The translations under genes were made by a program, and so were the position numbers. A stretch of DNA of 64,000 bases from Laetmonice hystrix (taxonomy: Eukaryota). Numbering within the stretch: position 1 is the stretch's first letter; each line of letters opens with the position of its first letter. The notes under the pieces are model-generated. The model was given only the letters and a program-made list of their open reading frames with translations. It made no database searches and was not told the DNA's origin. The DNA lies in contig OZ249436.1 in the NCBI GenBank assembly GCA_965235115.1, forward strand, positions 16,122,001 to 16,186,000, read 5' to 3'. This document shows positions 63,327 through 64,000 of the stretch, in pieces.

Positions 63327-64000
63327 TTATATAGTGGAAGTTATTGTCAGGAACAAAATCATTTTCTGTTATGATACTGAAGGCCTTTTCAACCCCAAAA
63401 GTGACAACTTCCCGGCTATATCGAAGTACACCAAGTGGCAACAGACCCCAAGTTGGCAGGCGTAAGCTGCCGGGCTTTTGCCAGCTTTTGCCATCTGATG
63501 GGCTATGGACTGTAGGCTTAGGCCAATCTATCTGGGAAGAGAAGCCATTGCAATTCAGTTTGTATAGAACATTAGTAACCTGGGAGTATGTACCCAGTGT
63601 TCGAATTTGCCCATGGCAACCATTGCCGTGCCTTCTTTGGTCTAACTCTTTTGCTGTGGTGCCATTTTAATTTGGCCTCTATTGGTGGCATTATAATGCT
63701 TTGCCCTTTTCTCCTCTTGCCTGGATGCCCTCCCATTGATTGCATCCATCGTCAGCGATGTCTTAATACTTTCTTAAAAATGTTTTCACTCATAATCGGC
63801 CATGATAATGTGTAGGGTCTGCCTTCTTCTAAAGTCTTCATCATTGATTGGTTTAGGTTTTGGTGGAACTTGCTTAGTGTGATAATCTCTGTCTGTTTTT
63901 CTCTTCCCCCCACAAAAAAATCAATTGGTGATTATAGGCGAGGCCTACCTAGAGAGCAGTCTAGCGGCAGTTATGGACCTTAAGGAATAATGGGGAGATC

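Overview
AT-rich, intron-containing invertebrate animal genomic DNA. It looks echinoderm-like, which is an impression from the repeat content and not proven. Four spliced protein-coding genes can be traced by hand: (1) a 5'-truncated BAIAP2/IRSp53-family gene on + (I-BAR, SH3, Pro/His/Gln-rich segment, WH2-like tail; 2909-19066); (2) a convergent ~1080-aa leucine-rich-repeat gene on - (23185-32026); (3) a complete 11-coding-exon NUF2 kinetochore gene on - (47134-59346, 447 aa); (4) the first three exons of mitochondrial HADH on +, head-to-head with NUF2. Introns and intergenic DNA are crowded with non-autonomous DNA transposons (PIF/Harbinger-, Kolobok-, Tc1/mariner-, MuDR-, hAT5/hAT6-like, Helentron-associated), a tRNA-derived SINE and a 35-bp minisatellite. 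The most striking structure is a 7.9-kb element (37833-45714). It has ~800-bp terminal inverted repeats, CCC...GGG ends and a perfect 5-bp target duplication. Each arm carries an inward-facing CxxC mini-ORF, and the interior is a stack of nested transposon fragments. No intact transposase, RNA gene or CRISPR array was seen.
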